A DNA stretch of 64,000 nt from NCBI GenBank assembly GCA_030264375.1, contig JASCQW010000081.1:93422445-93486444 (forward strand). The letters run 5' to 3'. Made by a program: the position numbers and the translations under genes. Positions 57,201 to 64,000 of the stretch are shown piece by piece. Position 1 is the first letter of the stretch, and the number at the start of each line of letters is the position of its first letter. This DNA comes from Carcharhinus longimanus (taxonomy: Eukaryota). The notes beneath the pieces were generated by a model. The model saw nothing but the letters and a program-made list of their open reading frames with translations. It was not told where the DNA came from and did no database searches.

Positions 57201-60200
57201 TGCCTTGTGATTTTCCTTTATCTTGCCTGCCAAGACCTTCTCATAACCCCGTCTGGCTCTCCTAATTTCCTTCTTAAGTTCCTTCCTATGAGCTGGAATC
57301 TCTTCTAATTCTCTAACTTTACCTAGCTCCCTGAACCCTTTTGTACGTTTTTCTTCTTGAGTAAACTCATTGCAGCTTTCATGCACCACAGTTCCTGTAA
57401 CCTACCATAACGTCCCTGTCTCATTGGAACGTTGTTGTGCAGAACTTGCACATTCTCCTCATTTGCACATTCTCCTCCTGTCTGCGTGGGTTTCCTCGGG
57501 GCGCTCCGATTTCCTCCCACAGTCCAAAGATGAGCGGGTTAGGTTGATTGGCCGTGCTAAATTGCCCCTTAGGATGCTTAGGTTAGAAGGATAAATGGAT
57601 AAAATATGTTGTGATCATTATCCATAAAATGTTCTCCCACTGAGTGATCTGACATCTGCCCAGGTTCCTTTCCACAACCAAATCAAGTGCAGCCTCTCCT
57701 CTTGTAGGCTTTTCCACATACTGTGTCAGGAAACACTTCTGAACACATCTAACAAACCCCTCCCCATTTAAACCCCCTACCCTAGGAAGATTCCAATCGA
57801 TATTTGGGAAATTAAAATCTTCCATCACGACAACTCATTATTACGTCTTTCCAGGATCTGTTTCACTCTCTGCTCCTCAACATCCCTGTTTCTTTTGGAT
57901 GGCCTATAGAAAAGACCCAGTAAAGTTAATGACCTCTTCCTGTTCCGAACATCCATCCACGGAGACCCCTTAGACATTTCCTCCATGGCGTTCATCATTT
58001 CTACAGGCGTGGTACTATCTATGATCGACAGTTTTATTCCCCCACCTCTTTTTCCTCCCTCGCTGTCCCTTCTGAAACACTTGAAACCCGGCACATTAAG
58101 CATCCAGTCCTGTCCTTGAGTCATCCAAGTCTCTGTAATGGCCACCACATCACATTTCCAAGTAGCGAGCCACTGTCTAAGCTCATCCGCGTTGTTCACA
58201 ACACTCCTTGCATCAAAATAGACTCATCTCAAACGTTCGAACTGAACACTCCCCTTCTCCATCACTTCCCTATCCTTCCTCTCACACTGTCGACAAGCTA
58301 TCTCTAGTTGTGAGTTAACCTCCTCTCTCCCAGTCACTACATATTGATTCCCAGCCCCCTCCTCTCAACCATTCTTGTTTAACTCTCCCCAGCAGTCTTA
58401 GCAAACCTCTCCACCAGGATATTGGTCCCCTGGGGTGCAAGTGCAATCCACCCTTTTTGTACAGGTCACACCTACCCCTAATGAGGTCCCAATGATCCCG
58501 AAACCCGAATCCCTGCTCCCTGCTCCAATCCCTCAGCTGCGCATTAATCCTCCACCTCATTCCATTCCTAGTCTCACTGTCTCGTGGCACAGGCAGCAAT
58601 CCCGAGATTATCACATTTGTGCTCCTTCTTCTCAACTCTCTACCCAACTCCATATGTTCTCTTTTCATGACCTCTTCCCTTTTTCTACCTATGTCAGTGG
58701 TACCTGTATGTAGCACAACCTTTGGCCCCTTCCCCTCCCACTTTAGACTTTCCTGGATGCGATCAGAAACATTGCGGATCCCGGCAACGGGGAGGCAAAC
58801 TACCATCCGACTTTCTCGACTGCTTTCACAATATCACCTGGCCGACCCCCTCACTGTTGACTCCCGTATCACTACTGCCTTCCTCCTCCTTTCCTTACCT
58901 TTCTGAGCTGCAGGGTCGGACACCGCGCCGGAGGTACGGCCACTGCTGCTCCCACCAGCTAGGCTGTCCCCTCCCCCCCCCGCCCCGCCAACAGTATTCA
59001 AATAGGATTACTTATTGTTATGGGGCACATCCATTGGGTAGCACCTGACATTTCCCCTTCCTAACCGTGACCCACTTGCCTGCCTCCCATGGCCGCGGTG
59101 TGACCACCTGCCTGTAACTCCTATATATCACTTCCTCGTTCTCCCTGACCAGACGAAGGGCGTCCCTATCGCGGTCCCTTAAGAGCCTCAGCTCGACCCA
59201 CCCGGCGCAGATATGGGCGCCTCGGAGGCCAGGAGACTCCAGTGCCACCCGCATCCGACACTGAGAACAACAAACTGGCCTCACACTCAAAATTCCCCTT
59301 TTCCTCAAATTCCAAAGGAAAATGAACTAAGAATTAAACCTACCTTGCCTGGCCAGTTTCCATCTGACCCCGTTGAGCCAAAGCCCTTCTACTCTCACTC
59401 TACTACATGCTAACTCCGCTGTCTGCTACCGACGCTGCCCGCTGGACAGTGCCGCCTGATTTTTTAAAACCTCACGCTCTAACAAACCATTCCCACGTCA
59501 CCCCGCGGCCCACTGCCGCTTCACCCTTTTAAAAACTTGGGGGGAAAAAAAGCGAAACCCCGGGATTAAGCAAGAAAAAAAGTCAATCGTCTACCCTTCA
59601 CACTCCCGCCACAAGTCGTTCCTCTCTACTTGCTCCAACGAACAACTAGAACGATTTCCCAGGTAAGTAGCTTCTATATATGGAAAAATAAAATAAGCCC
59701 TTCCCAGTTCACCAGGACTTCGTGGTGTGCAGATTCCTATGCATATCCGTCAAATTTTAAGCATCATCTTACTGACAATTTACTGAATAGTTTTTGACAT
59801 CGCTGTAAACAGAAATGTAAGTCAAAATGATTGGTCCAACTATGACAAGGATATTCAATTCTCACATTACCATACAAACAGGAGAAAATAAAAGTGTGTG
59901 TTGCGTAAAAGAGCAATCAGACAGCATGGCAAAGAGTAACTGAAAATTACGTGTCTACTGGCCTTTAGATCGGATTGTGCTGAAATATCCCTTTTAGGAG
60001 GAACATATTAAGTTTCTAATTTCTGAATTGAAAGTGAAAGCGATGCAACTTATCCAAAAACTGTATTGCCAGTACCTTGAGATCAAACGTTCATGTAAAT
60101 GTCATACGAGTACATGAATCAACGGCGTTAATGTTTGAAAACTCAGTAGCGCATTGTTTTTGTTTCCCCGAACACTCAATGTATTATGTATCACTGATCG

Positions 60201-61627
60201 CAGGAAATTTGAAGTAAGTGTCTTGACCAATATTAAAATACAAATAATTCTTGAGACAAAATACAGTACTGTACCAGCATTCTGTAGTCTTTCCATTAGG
60301 TTTTCGATTTCTTGTGAGAGTATCATGAAGAAGAGGGATGGTTAGTATATTATTCTGCTAATGCATTCAGCCTACGCTGAATGAGTTCTGGCTGCAAGCA
60401 GGTCATATGTACTTCAGGCATAATTGGAGTTCCTATGCCCCAAATGCCTTCTCCTCCGATAGATAACGTTCGACAGTCCCTGGTTAATTCTCGCAATTAT
60501 CTACCTGCAATGAAGATAGAATGATGCACTACGCGGTTAGCAAATAATGTTTCAGTTATTAAATCAAAAATAAAATCGTGCAGTTTTGCAGAAAATTGTT
60601 GCACCGGGGTCACTTGACAAGAAATTAAATACTTGTCGGCACATTTCCCTTTATTAAGGGAACGTCTGAGCCAGCCATTGGCCGCTTATAGAACTACAAA
60701 TAATGTTACCAATTGGTGAATTAAAATCAGAAGCCAAGCTTTGGATTGATAACTGTGTTCACGCTGTTCTATCGTTTTAGTATAGTTGTTTAGTTATTCG
60801 TTTCGATACAGTGCAGAAGGTGAATGATGTTCGTAGGTACAGTCATCCTGGCAGACATGCGTAACAAGATGGCAGCAAAGATCAGAGACAAAATTAAGTC
60901 CTGACGTAGGGCAAAGCTTCACTGAAAATTTTGCCCATGAAGCATTGGTTCAGCGCAATATGCTAGGGCATTAGAAGGGGTGCGTAAGTTTTTGAAACAA
61001 TGACAGAGATACGCCTTGAAGACGACCAGCGTTTTACATGTTTCTGAGGAAAGCTGGTTTGATAAAGGCGCAGTGGTGTTTCTGATCGAAATATTTCAAT
61101 ATTGACTCTAATATTTCATCTACTGACCACGATGTTACTTATTAATCATGCACATGCATATAAATAACGGTTTGTGAAAAGATAAGAAGATTCTGTGCGC
61201 ATTGTGTTTTCATTCCAAACTACTTGGACGAACTAATTTGCTTTTGCATTTGTTTATCTTCACGTATATCATCAGAAGGTATATAGGAACACGGGTTAAA
61301 TTTCGAATTTTGTTTTTTTTTTCCAAGGGGGAATTATGGAGTGTGGAAATGACGGAAAATATGCTTTTGCTAGATTTGTTTTGTTTTGCTGACATCTGAA
61401 ATGTTCTTTTTCCACATTCAATTTAGTGTAAGTGTGGAGATGCCTGTTCCATCACGAAATACTGAACTGAAGACTTAAAGACTTGGGTCATTTACTGAGC
61501 AGTGGTCATTTATAATGAACCAAAATTGATGCTTATGCTTTATTAAACTTTAAAACCTGAACTATTACCACGTGATGTTTTAAAATTCGAATTCATTTAC
61601 CAATGTCCTTGGCAAGTAGTTGTCTCA
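124..61627 (-). CDS. Partial (5'-truncated) multi-exon gene: coiled-coil region built from >=19 phase-1 microexons plus a terminal ITIM-like exon; candidate butyrophilin/BG-like receptor tail
   Basis: 19 short segments, each bounded by a pyrimidine tract+AG and a GT donor on the minus strand. All lengths are multiples of 3, all are phase 1-1 and stop-free, they are mutually homologous, and they encode heptad-patterned E/K/L-rich peptide. The last coding exon ends in VIYGSV-TAA. Confidence 0.85.
337..363 (-). CDS. 27-nt microexon, EKLLVLKNE
   Basis: caattatttttcccAG|AGAAACTGCTGGTTTTGAAGAATGAAG|GTgatg. Confidence 0.82.
527..562 (-). CDS. 36-nt microexon, ERETLIGIQKDI
   Basis: cttgcctttaatttAG|AACGAGAAACATTAATAGGCATTCAGAAAGATATCG|GTgaga. 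Confidence 0.85.
1020..1582 (+). mobile_element. CR1-clade LINE 3' fragment (HER1-like)
   Basis: ORF 1126-1323 (LAYEERLSRLGLYSLEFRRMRRDLIETYK) is the CR1 ORF2 C-terminus; 3' UTR gggccagatggcctactcttgct. Confidence 0.9.
1650..1676 (-). CDS. 27-nt microexon, ESMIREAKT
   Basis: tttttctcgtgtttatcgatgtAG|AGTCAATGATTCGTGAAGCCAAGACTG|GTaaat. Confidence 0.78.
3190..4170 (+). mobile_element. Rex1/Babar-type LINE, decayed 3' portion
   Basis: RT motifs (GAPRGCFL...YSLFTND; FVDGITIG...DYRTEIDNVVDWCDENN); ends in aataaatcaaatcaa-type tail shared with 21945. Confidence 0.8.
4480..5672. mobile_element. Penelope-like element with inverted terminal arrangement (left arm -, right arm +)
   Basis: GIY-YIG remnant (SYIGKTMQ...RMNRHCATI) at 5057-5251; 4480-4830 is the reverse complement of ~5290-5640. 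Confidence 0.85.
5940..6300 (+). mobile_element. Highly decayed CR1 RT fragment
   Basis: Remnants of VDVVYMDF and KWQMQFN-coding sequence (gacagatgcaatttaat). Confidence 0.5.
6608..6634 (-). CDS. 27-nt microexon, ELEGHKKDD
   Basis: attatgctgtttAG|AACTTGAAGGACATAAGAAAGATGATG|GTgagt. Confidence 0.85.
7966..7992 (-). CDS. 27-nt microexon, EWRLQKKTE
   Basis: tcatttcctgttcaacAG|AATGGCGGCTGCAAAAGAAAACTGAAG|GTaaat. Confidence 0.85.
9200..9235. repeat. (CA)n microsatellite
   Basis: Perfect AC run, 20 nt downstream (minus strand) of the 9256 exon donor. Confidence 0.97.
9256..9291 (-). CDS. 36-nt microexon, (K/E)IDKLNDKLQDC
   Basis: cgtttttcttttAG|AAATCGATAAACTTAATGACAAACTACAAGATTGTG|GTaagt. Confidence 0.9.
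11470..11596 (+). mobile_element. HE1-type SINE remnant (head fused to tail)
   Basis: gtgtggcacagcgtgg head; gggtaaatatgtagggatatgggggtaggacctggatggg tail; ttctacgattctac terminal repeat. Confidence 0.6.
12850..13413 (+). mobile_element. CR1 LINE 3' end (contains N gap)
   Basis: VVNLWYSLPVEVVEG...FRSRLDRFL; tail ggcctactcctgctcctatttcttatgttctta. Confidence 0.9.
15396..15422 (-). CDS. 27-nt microexon, ELAGNRCNE
   Basis: aattctgttttAG|AATTGGCTGGCAACCGCTGCAACGAAA|GTgagt; same class as ELEGHKKDD. Confidence 0.8.
15569..15595 (-). CDS. 27-nt microexon, EDKLREKEA
   Basis: ttcgctttcccatgtttgcAG|AAGATAAACTACGTGAAAAGGAGGCAG|GTgaaa. Confidence 0.85.
16128..16163 (-). CDS. 36-nt microexon, DLKKTKKALQDL
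   Basis: ccttttacttgtgaattccAG|ATTTGAAGAAAACGAAAAAGGCTCTCCAAGATTTAG|GTgaga. Confidence 0.85.
17390..18190 (-). mobile_element. Decayed CR1 ORF2 fragment
   Basis: ORF 17427-17720 (ILGVTRHQLMKVSIQVQQQVKKACGVLDFIAGGFE). Confidence 0.85.
19190..19920 (-). mobile_element. Decayed CR1 ORF1 (esterase) remnant
   Basis: Colinear similarity with 58315-59100 (e.g. gtaccaatgtgcaccacgaccactggc...gggaggcaacataccattctggag). Confidence 0.6.
20424..21945 (+). mobile_element. Rex1/Babar-type LINE RT and 3' end, frameshifted
   Basis: FKKTTI..PKK, LQFA, IYKFAHDITVVGRISNN, NISLNVNKTK motifs; tail caataataaatcaaatcaaat. Confidence 0.88.
21950..22590 (-). mobile_element. Possible very old Penelope-type (GIY-YIG end) remnant
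   Basis: Weak resemblance only; no intact motif. Confidence 0.3.
26211..26237 (-). CDS. 27-nt microexon, (N)QQIRDNET
   Basis: gcactgataatacAG|ATCAGCAAATACGCGACAACGAGACAG|GTaaaa; resembles EDKLREKEA exon; pyrimidine tract weak. Confidence 0.72.
26430..26770 (-). mobile_element. RTE-clade LINE 3' fragment
   Basis: Minus frame SSVLPRARSPTLRTLTIQDMRCWTGHVLDISDKLFRKQI resembles the RTE C-terminal 'LRWAGHV.RM.D.RLPKQI' motif. Confidence 0.65.
26883..26918 (-). CDS. 36-nt microexon, DAEELKRELDRK
   Basis: ccttccgatttcggctacAG|ATGCTGAAGAATTGAAACGAGAGCTGGATCGAAAAA|GTgagt. Confidence 0.85.
27140..27378 (+). mobile_element. CR1 3' UTR fragment
   Basis: gaatgctggagcaggttcgacggggcagatggc...ttcttatggtcttatg tail. 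Confidence 0.75.
27770..28020 (-). mobile_element. Decayed tRNA-derived SINE
   Basis: acagagcgcccgg...cacgcagacgggaggaacgtgcaaactccgcacag central domain on the minus strand. Confidence 0.6.
28420..28783 (-). mobile_element. HE1/V-SINE-type SINE with internal 48-bp tandem duplication
   Basis: Head gggcggcatggtgtcacagtagttagcactgctg at 28783; duplicated unit starts at 28473 and 28521. Confidence 0.9.
30300..30760 (+). mobile_element. Very decayed CR1-group LINE 3' fragment
   Basis: Colinear with the reverse complement of 31170-31600. Confidence 0.5.
31030..31630 (-). mobile_element. CR1-group LINE 3' end
   Basis: ORF 31179-31394 (AAVYIIYEIHCRNS..LPNARPLPSGRLRAAD..TFTEAGSKP); typical shark LINE 3' UTR. 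Confidence 0.75.
32740..33362 (+). mobile_element. CR1 LINE 3' fragment
   Basis: SKTRGHRLEVK, QLPEVVVD motifs; tail gggccgaagggcctgtttccatgttgtaaacctctataactcta. Confidence 0.88.
33955..34200 (+). mobile_element. tRNA-derived SINE, 5' part
   Basis: ggcacagttgcacagcgagtggcactgctg...cccgggttaaattccggc (A/B boxes), ggaatttgcgcattctcccc. Confidence 0.8.
34313..34610 (+). mobile_element. Penelope-like RT fragment joined to terminal repeat
   Basis: NAIHALKTNRNIVIKPADKGGAIVIMNRRDY (Penelope RT signature), then the PLE terminus cacctgacgaag...aaataaa...cctggtgttgt. Confidence 0.88.
36672..36960 (+). mobile_element. tRNA-derived SINE with a distinct 3' tail
   Basis: ggtggcacagtagcacaatg head, tctgcgtgggtt core, ggagtgtgaagactcgggg..cacagtaatttcatcgcagtgt tail. 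Confidence 0.75.
37738..37764 (-). CDS. 27-nt microexon, EIKQLKLDS
   Basis: gttgtatttacAG|AAATAAAACAGCTTAAACTGGATAGTG|GTgagt. Confidence 0.85.
37870..39880 (-). mobile_element. CR1 LINE ORF2 (RT) about 2 kb, decayed
   Basis: ORFs 39530-39739, 39170-39400, 38626-38865 and 38342-38668 are successive CR1 ORF2 segments. Confidence 0.92.
40651..40672. repeat. (AT)n microsatellite
   Basis: atatatatat run. Confidence 0.95.
40745..40771 (-). CDS. 27-nt microexon, AELLLLKDE
   Basis: ctgtcttcttcattAG|CGGAGCTGTTGCTTCTGAAGGATGAAG|GTaaac; 20/27 nt identical to 337-363. Confidence 0.87.
40926..40961 (-). CDS. 36-nt microexon, EQEKLEQIRKDV
   Basis: cgttgttttcAG|AACAGGAAAAATTGGAACAAATTCGTAAGGATGTCG|GTaaga; paralogous to 527-562. 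Confidence 0.87.
41330..42965. mobile_element. Penelope-like element as a long inverted pair (left arm -, right arm +)
   Basis: ORFs 41771-42151(-) and 42104-42399(+) encode the same GIY-YIG-proximal region; the terminal repeats at 41330 and 42920 are reverse complements. Confidence 0.88.
44005..44028 (-). CDS. 24-nt microexon, (N)SVTDREK
   Basis: ctttttaaatctgacatcAG|ATTCCGTGACTGACCGTGAGAAAG|GTaaat; phase 1-1; positional counterpart of 1650-1676. Confidence 0.6.
47222..47380 (+). mobile_element. Decayed SINE head
   Basis: ggcacgttggttagcactgctgcctcagagctccaggg. Confidence 0.6.
47561..47910 (-). mobile_element. Young CR1 pieces flanking an N gap (3' tail and endonuclease segment)
   Basis: acataagaacataagaaataggagcaggagtaggcc tail; DLLGKSDHCMVEF...NRGEYGRMREELANVDW. 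Confidence 0.85.
48012..48340 (+). mobile_element. HE1-type SINE
   Basis: gggggcacattgactagcattgctgcctcatagcc...ctggttcaattc head; ctcgatgaaccaagtgaagtccttctgtactgta tail. Confidence 0.75.
49950..51400 (+). mobile_element. Decayed CR1 endonuclease region interrupted by a SINE (~50785-51095)
   Basis: IATIML, VVVGDFDFPYI and PDLVLQNE motifs; SINE head gcagtagttagtactgttgcctcacagtgcc. Confidence 0.8.
51623..51860 (-). mobile_element. CR1 3' fragment
   Basis: ggcagtgcattccaggcccccaccaccctctgtgtgaaaaacc. Confidence 0.8.
53948..53974 (-). CDS. 27-nt microexon, EIKTLKEHT
   Basis: gccccttccacAG|AAATCAAAACACTTAAGGAGCATACAA|GTgagt; paralogous to 37738-37764. Confidence 0.85.
54864..55356. repeat. 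75-bp direct repeat pair (54864-54938 / 55282-55356)
   Basis: catgatgatgc.g.taggcattatg.cc....ctcaac.cacgaagaaatcagattatttcagtatcagtgcc occurs twice, 418 bp apart. Confidence 0.9.
55162..55188 (-). CDS. 27-nt microexon, ADVLRSRDD
   Basis: atatttttctgcAG|CTGACGTTCTACGTTCCAGAGATGACG|GTaaaa; phase 1-1. Confidence 0.8.
55431..59640 (-). mobile_element. Near full-length CR1 LINE (5' UTR, ORF1 zinc finger + SGNH esterase, ORF2 APE + RT), inactivated; same orientation as the host gene
   Basis: ORF1: CCSQCRM..HICAG and VVCLPVAG..HTGTTDIG..GLHLHPRG; ORF2: VVAITETW, DFNFPNIDW, GPDG..PRLL, NYRPVSLTS, YMDFRKAFD; frameshifts and N gap. Confidence 0.93.
57430..57575 (+). mobile_element. SINE core fragment nested in the CR1
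   Basis: ttgcacattctcc...tctgcgtgggtttcctcggggcgctccgatttcctcccacagtccaaagatg. Confidence 0.8.
60275..60310 (-). CDS. 36-nt microexon, EIENLMERLQNA
   Basis: cttcttcatgatactctcacaAG|AAATCGAAAACCTAATGGAAAGACTACAGAATGCTG|GTacag; 25/36 nt identical to exon 9256-9291; AAG acceptor is weaker. Confidence 0.75.
61601..61627 (-). CDS. 27-nt microexon, (V)RQLLAKDI
   Basis: tcatttttctgcAG|TGAGACAACTACTTGCCAAGGACATTG|GTaaat; phase 1-1. Confidence 0.8.
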
Positions 61628-62949
61628 CTGCAGAAAAATGACACTGTGATCGGCATTTTGCGAATAACACACAATACATTTACGTCGAATTTATCCAAAT
61701 CATTTAGAACGAATAATTCAAAAATTCGTACCAATTCCTTTAACTCTAATCAAAGGTAATTATTTCACGAGTTTAAGGTATAATTAAGGTGCTAATCTTT
61801 AATGCTAGCTTTTCATTTGCCGTATTTTTGTCAGTTAGCAGTTGATCGTGTTTCATGTCAGGAAAATGTGCTTTTATCAGGTGTTTCTCTGTTCCGCAAT
61901 AAAAACTTTTACCTCTGGGATTTTAATCTTTCACAATCAGGATCAGGTTATGCAGCACAAAACGAGTTGCCAAGCGTATAATCTTGATAACAATGTCATG
62001 TCATTGTAATTTGAAAGAGAGAACACATCATTGTGTTAGATTGCAGTAACTATTTTCAAGTATATATTCTCTATTTGAGTCACGGTGGAGATCTGCTGAA
62101 CGCTGGTTGCAGGAATTAGTTACTTTTCATTGTATTTTGGTTTGGGATTATTTTACGAACAGAGTTGATTTGAGCATGGGATTCCCAAGCTGAAAAAAAA
62201 ACTGGTTTGTTGTGGTTTATCATTTATAGCAATGCAGGGATGACTGCAGGTGCAAAGTGACAGATTAAGGAGCTTATTTATACCCGTGATGTTGAATTTG
62301 GTACTGCGAAACATCTTCATTTTTTATTAACACCAAAAATACCAAAGCTTCCATCCACTTCCATATATTCGTCAATTTTGCTTATTTTAAATCATTAGTT
62401 TAGGAATTATCCATGTCTTCAAAACCGAGTGAATTTACTCTGCAGATGGATTCAGGGTTGGTTTCAAAAATGGTTTTGCCAATGAAAGTGGCCTAAGGAA
62501 ATTACAGTTTATTGTGCTTTACCAGGATTTTAAGTTCATTTCATGAAATTTCCCGTGGTTACTGACACATCCTGGCATTAGTTCAAAATGTGCTCGGATT
62601 TCGAAAACCACAATCTTGTTTTTGGATATGTTCCTCCCCTCATGACTTCTACTTGGTAAGCTAATCGAGCGAAACAACTTTGAAAGATAGCAAGATGCTC
62701 TTACTGTGGCGTATTCATTATCTACTGGGAAAGTTGCACTTTTGGTTAGGGAAAACATCACGGCAGTACTGAAGCGGGGTAAATCCGAGGGTCTGGCAAT
62801 GAGTCTATATGAGGACAACTGAAAATAAGGGAAAAATCATGGTAGGTTGTTACATAAGGTTAAATTTCACGGGATGCAGCTTGAGGTATCTAAATGTATA
62901 CAAAATTAGCGTCTTGAAAGAAGGCAGAGGATGCTTGTACAGGATTTTT

Positions 62950-64000
62950 TTTTTAATTGAAGACCTGTGTGCCAGTAGTGTGCCTCAGGGACGAGTGCTG
63001 GGCCCACTGTTATGTAGCATTATATTAATGATTTGGATAAGACTTTGGGAGGCATGGTTTGTAAGTTTGCGGTTGACACCGATATTGGTGGCGTAGTGGA
63101 TAGTGAAGAAAGTGTTCTCCGATTAACACGGGCTCTTGATCAATTGGGCCAGTGGGCTGNNNNNNNNNNNNNNNNNNNNNNNNNNNNNNNNNNNNNNNNN
63201 NNNNNNNNNNNNNNNNNNNNNNNNNNNNNNNNNNNNNNNNNNNNNNNNNNNNNNNNNNNCTGATGAATGACAGGTCAAGTTTAATTTAGGTAAATGTGAG
63301 GTGATGCATTTTGATCGATTGCACCAGGGCAGGACTTACTCAGCTGATGGGAGGGCGGTGGGGAAAGATACAGACAAATAGGTCTAGTGGTACATGTTCA
63401 TAGCTCCTTGAAATTGGAGTCACAGGTGGACAGAGTAATGAAGAAGGCATTCAGCATTCTTGTTTTCATTGGCCAGAATATTGAATGCTGGAGTTGGGAT
63501 GTCTTGTTGACGTTCTACAAGTCATTGATAAGGCCACATATGGAATACTGTCTGCAGTTCTGGTCACCCTATTACAGAGCAGATGTACTCGGATGTTACC
63601 AAGACTTGATGGTTCGGTTGTAAGGAGAGGCTGGATAGACTGGGACTTTTTGTTTTCTTGACACATAGAAGATTGAGGATCGATCTTAAAGAGGACTGTA
63701 AAATAATTGGGGGATAGAGCAGGTAGATAGTCAATACATTTTCCCAAAGTTATGGAAATCTAATATTAGAGGGCTTAGGTTTAAGATGGCAGGGGAGAAA
63801 TACAGAAGTGTCTAGAAGGGCACTTTTTTGACACAGAGGGCTGTAAGTGTCTGGAACAAGCTGCCAGAGGTAGTAATGAAGGCGGGTGCAATTTAGTTTT
63901 TTTTTAATGTTACATGGGTAAAAATGGGTATAAAGGGATATAGGTCAAATGCGGGAAATTGGGATTAGCTGAGAGGTTTTTTTTTAAAGGTGCATGTTGG
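62950..64000 (+). mobile_element. CR1 RT 3' portion
   Basis: SVPQGRVLGPLL, CKFAVDTDIGG, QVDRVMKKAFSILVFI, RPHMEYCLQFWSP. Confidence 0.92.

Noticed and set aside
62705-62724. 20-nt minus-strand segment VDNEYAT with a tyrosine motif
   Set aside because: Ends in phase 0 and cannot join the phase-1 array; probably chance.

Overview
Vertebrate genomic DNA whose repeat content points to a cartilaginous fish (shark): CR1/HER1-type LINEs, HE1/V-SINE-type SINEs, Rex1/Babar, RTE and Penelope elements, plus several N gaps. The ORF track holds essentially only transposon fragments and chance ORFs. Reading minus-strand splice signals by hand reveals the 3' part of a gene that runs across the whole window as at least 19 symmetric phase-1 microexons (12 x 27 nt, 6 x 36 nt, 1 x 24 nt) between 61627 and 337. 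A last coding exon follows at 197-124. Spliced, they give a stop-free frame of about 212 aa: a long heptad coiled coil (xRQLLAKDI EIENLMERLQNA ADVLRSRDD EIKTLKEHT NSVTDREK EQEKLEQIRKDV AELLLLKDE EIKQLKLDS DAEELKRELDRK NQQIRDNET DLKKTKKALQDL EDKLREKEA ELAGNRCNE KIDKLNDKLQDC EWRLQKKTE ELEGHKKDD ESMIREAKT ERETLIGIQKDI EKLLVLKNE) ending in an ITIM-consensus tail (GTKTKGTPWCSAQSDKTEVIYGSV*). This layout resembles the cytoplasmic tails of butyrophilin and chicken BG receptors. The 5' part of the gene (any Ig or TM exons) must lie beyond position 64000, so the family assignment is inference. Repeat boundaries are approximate.
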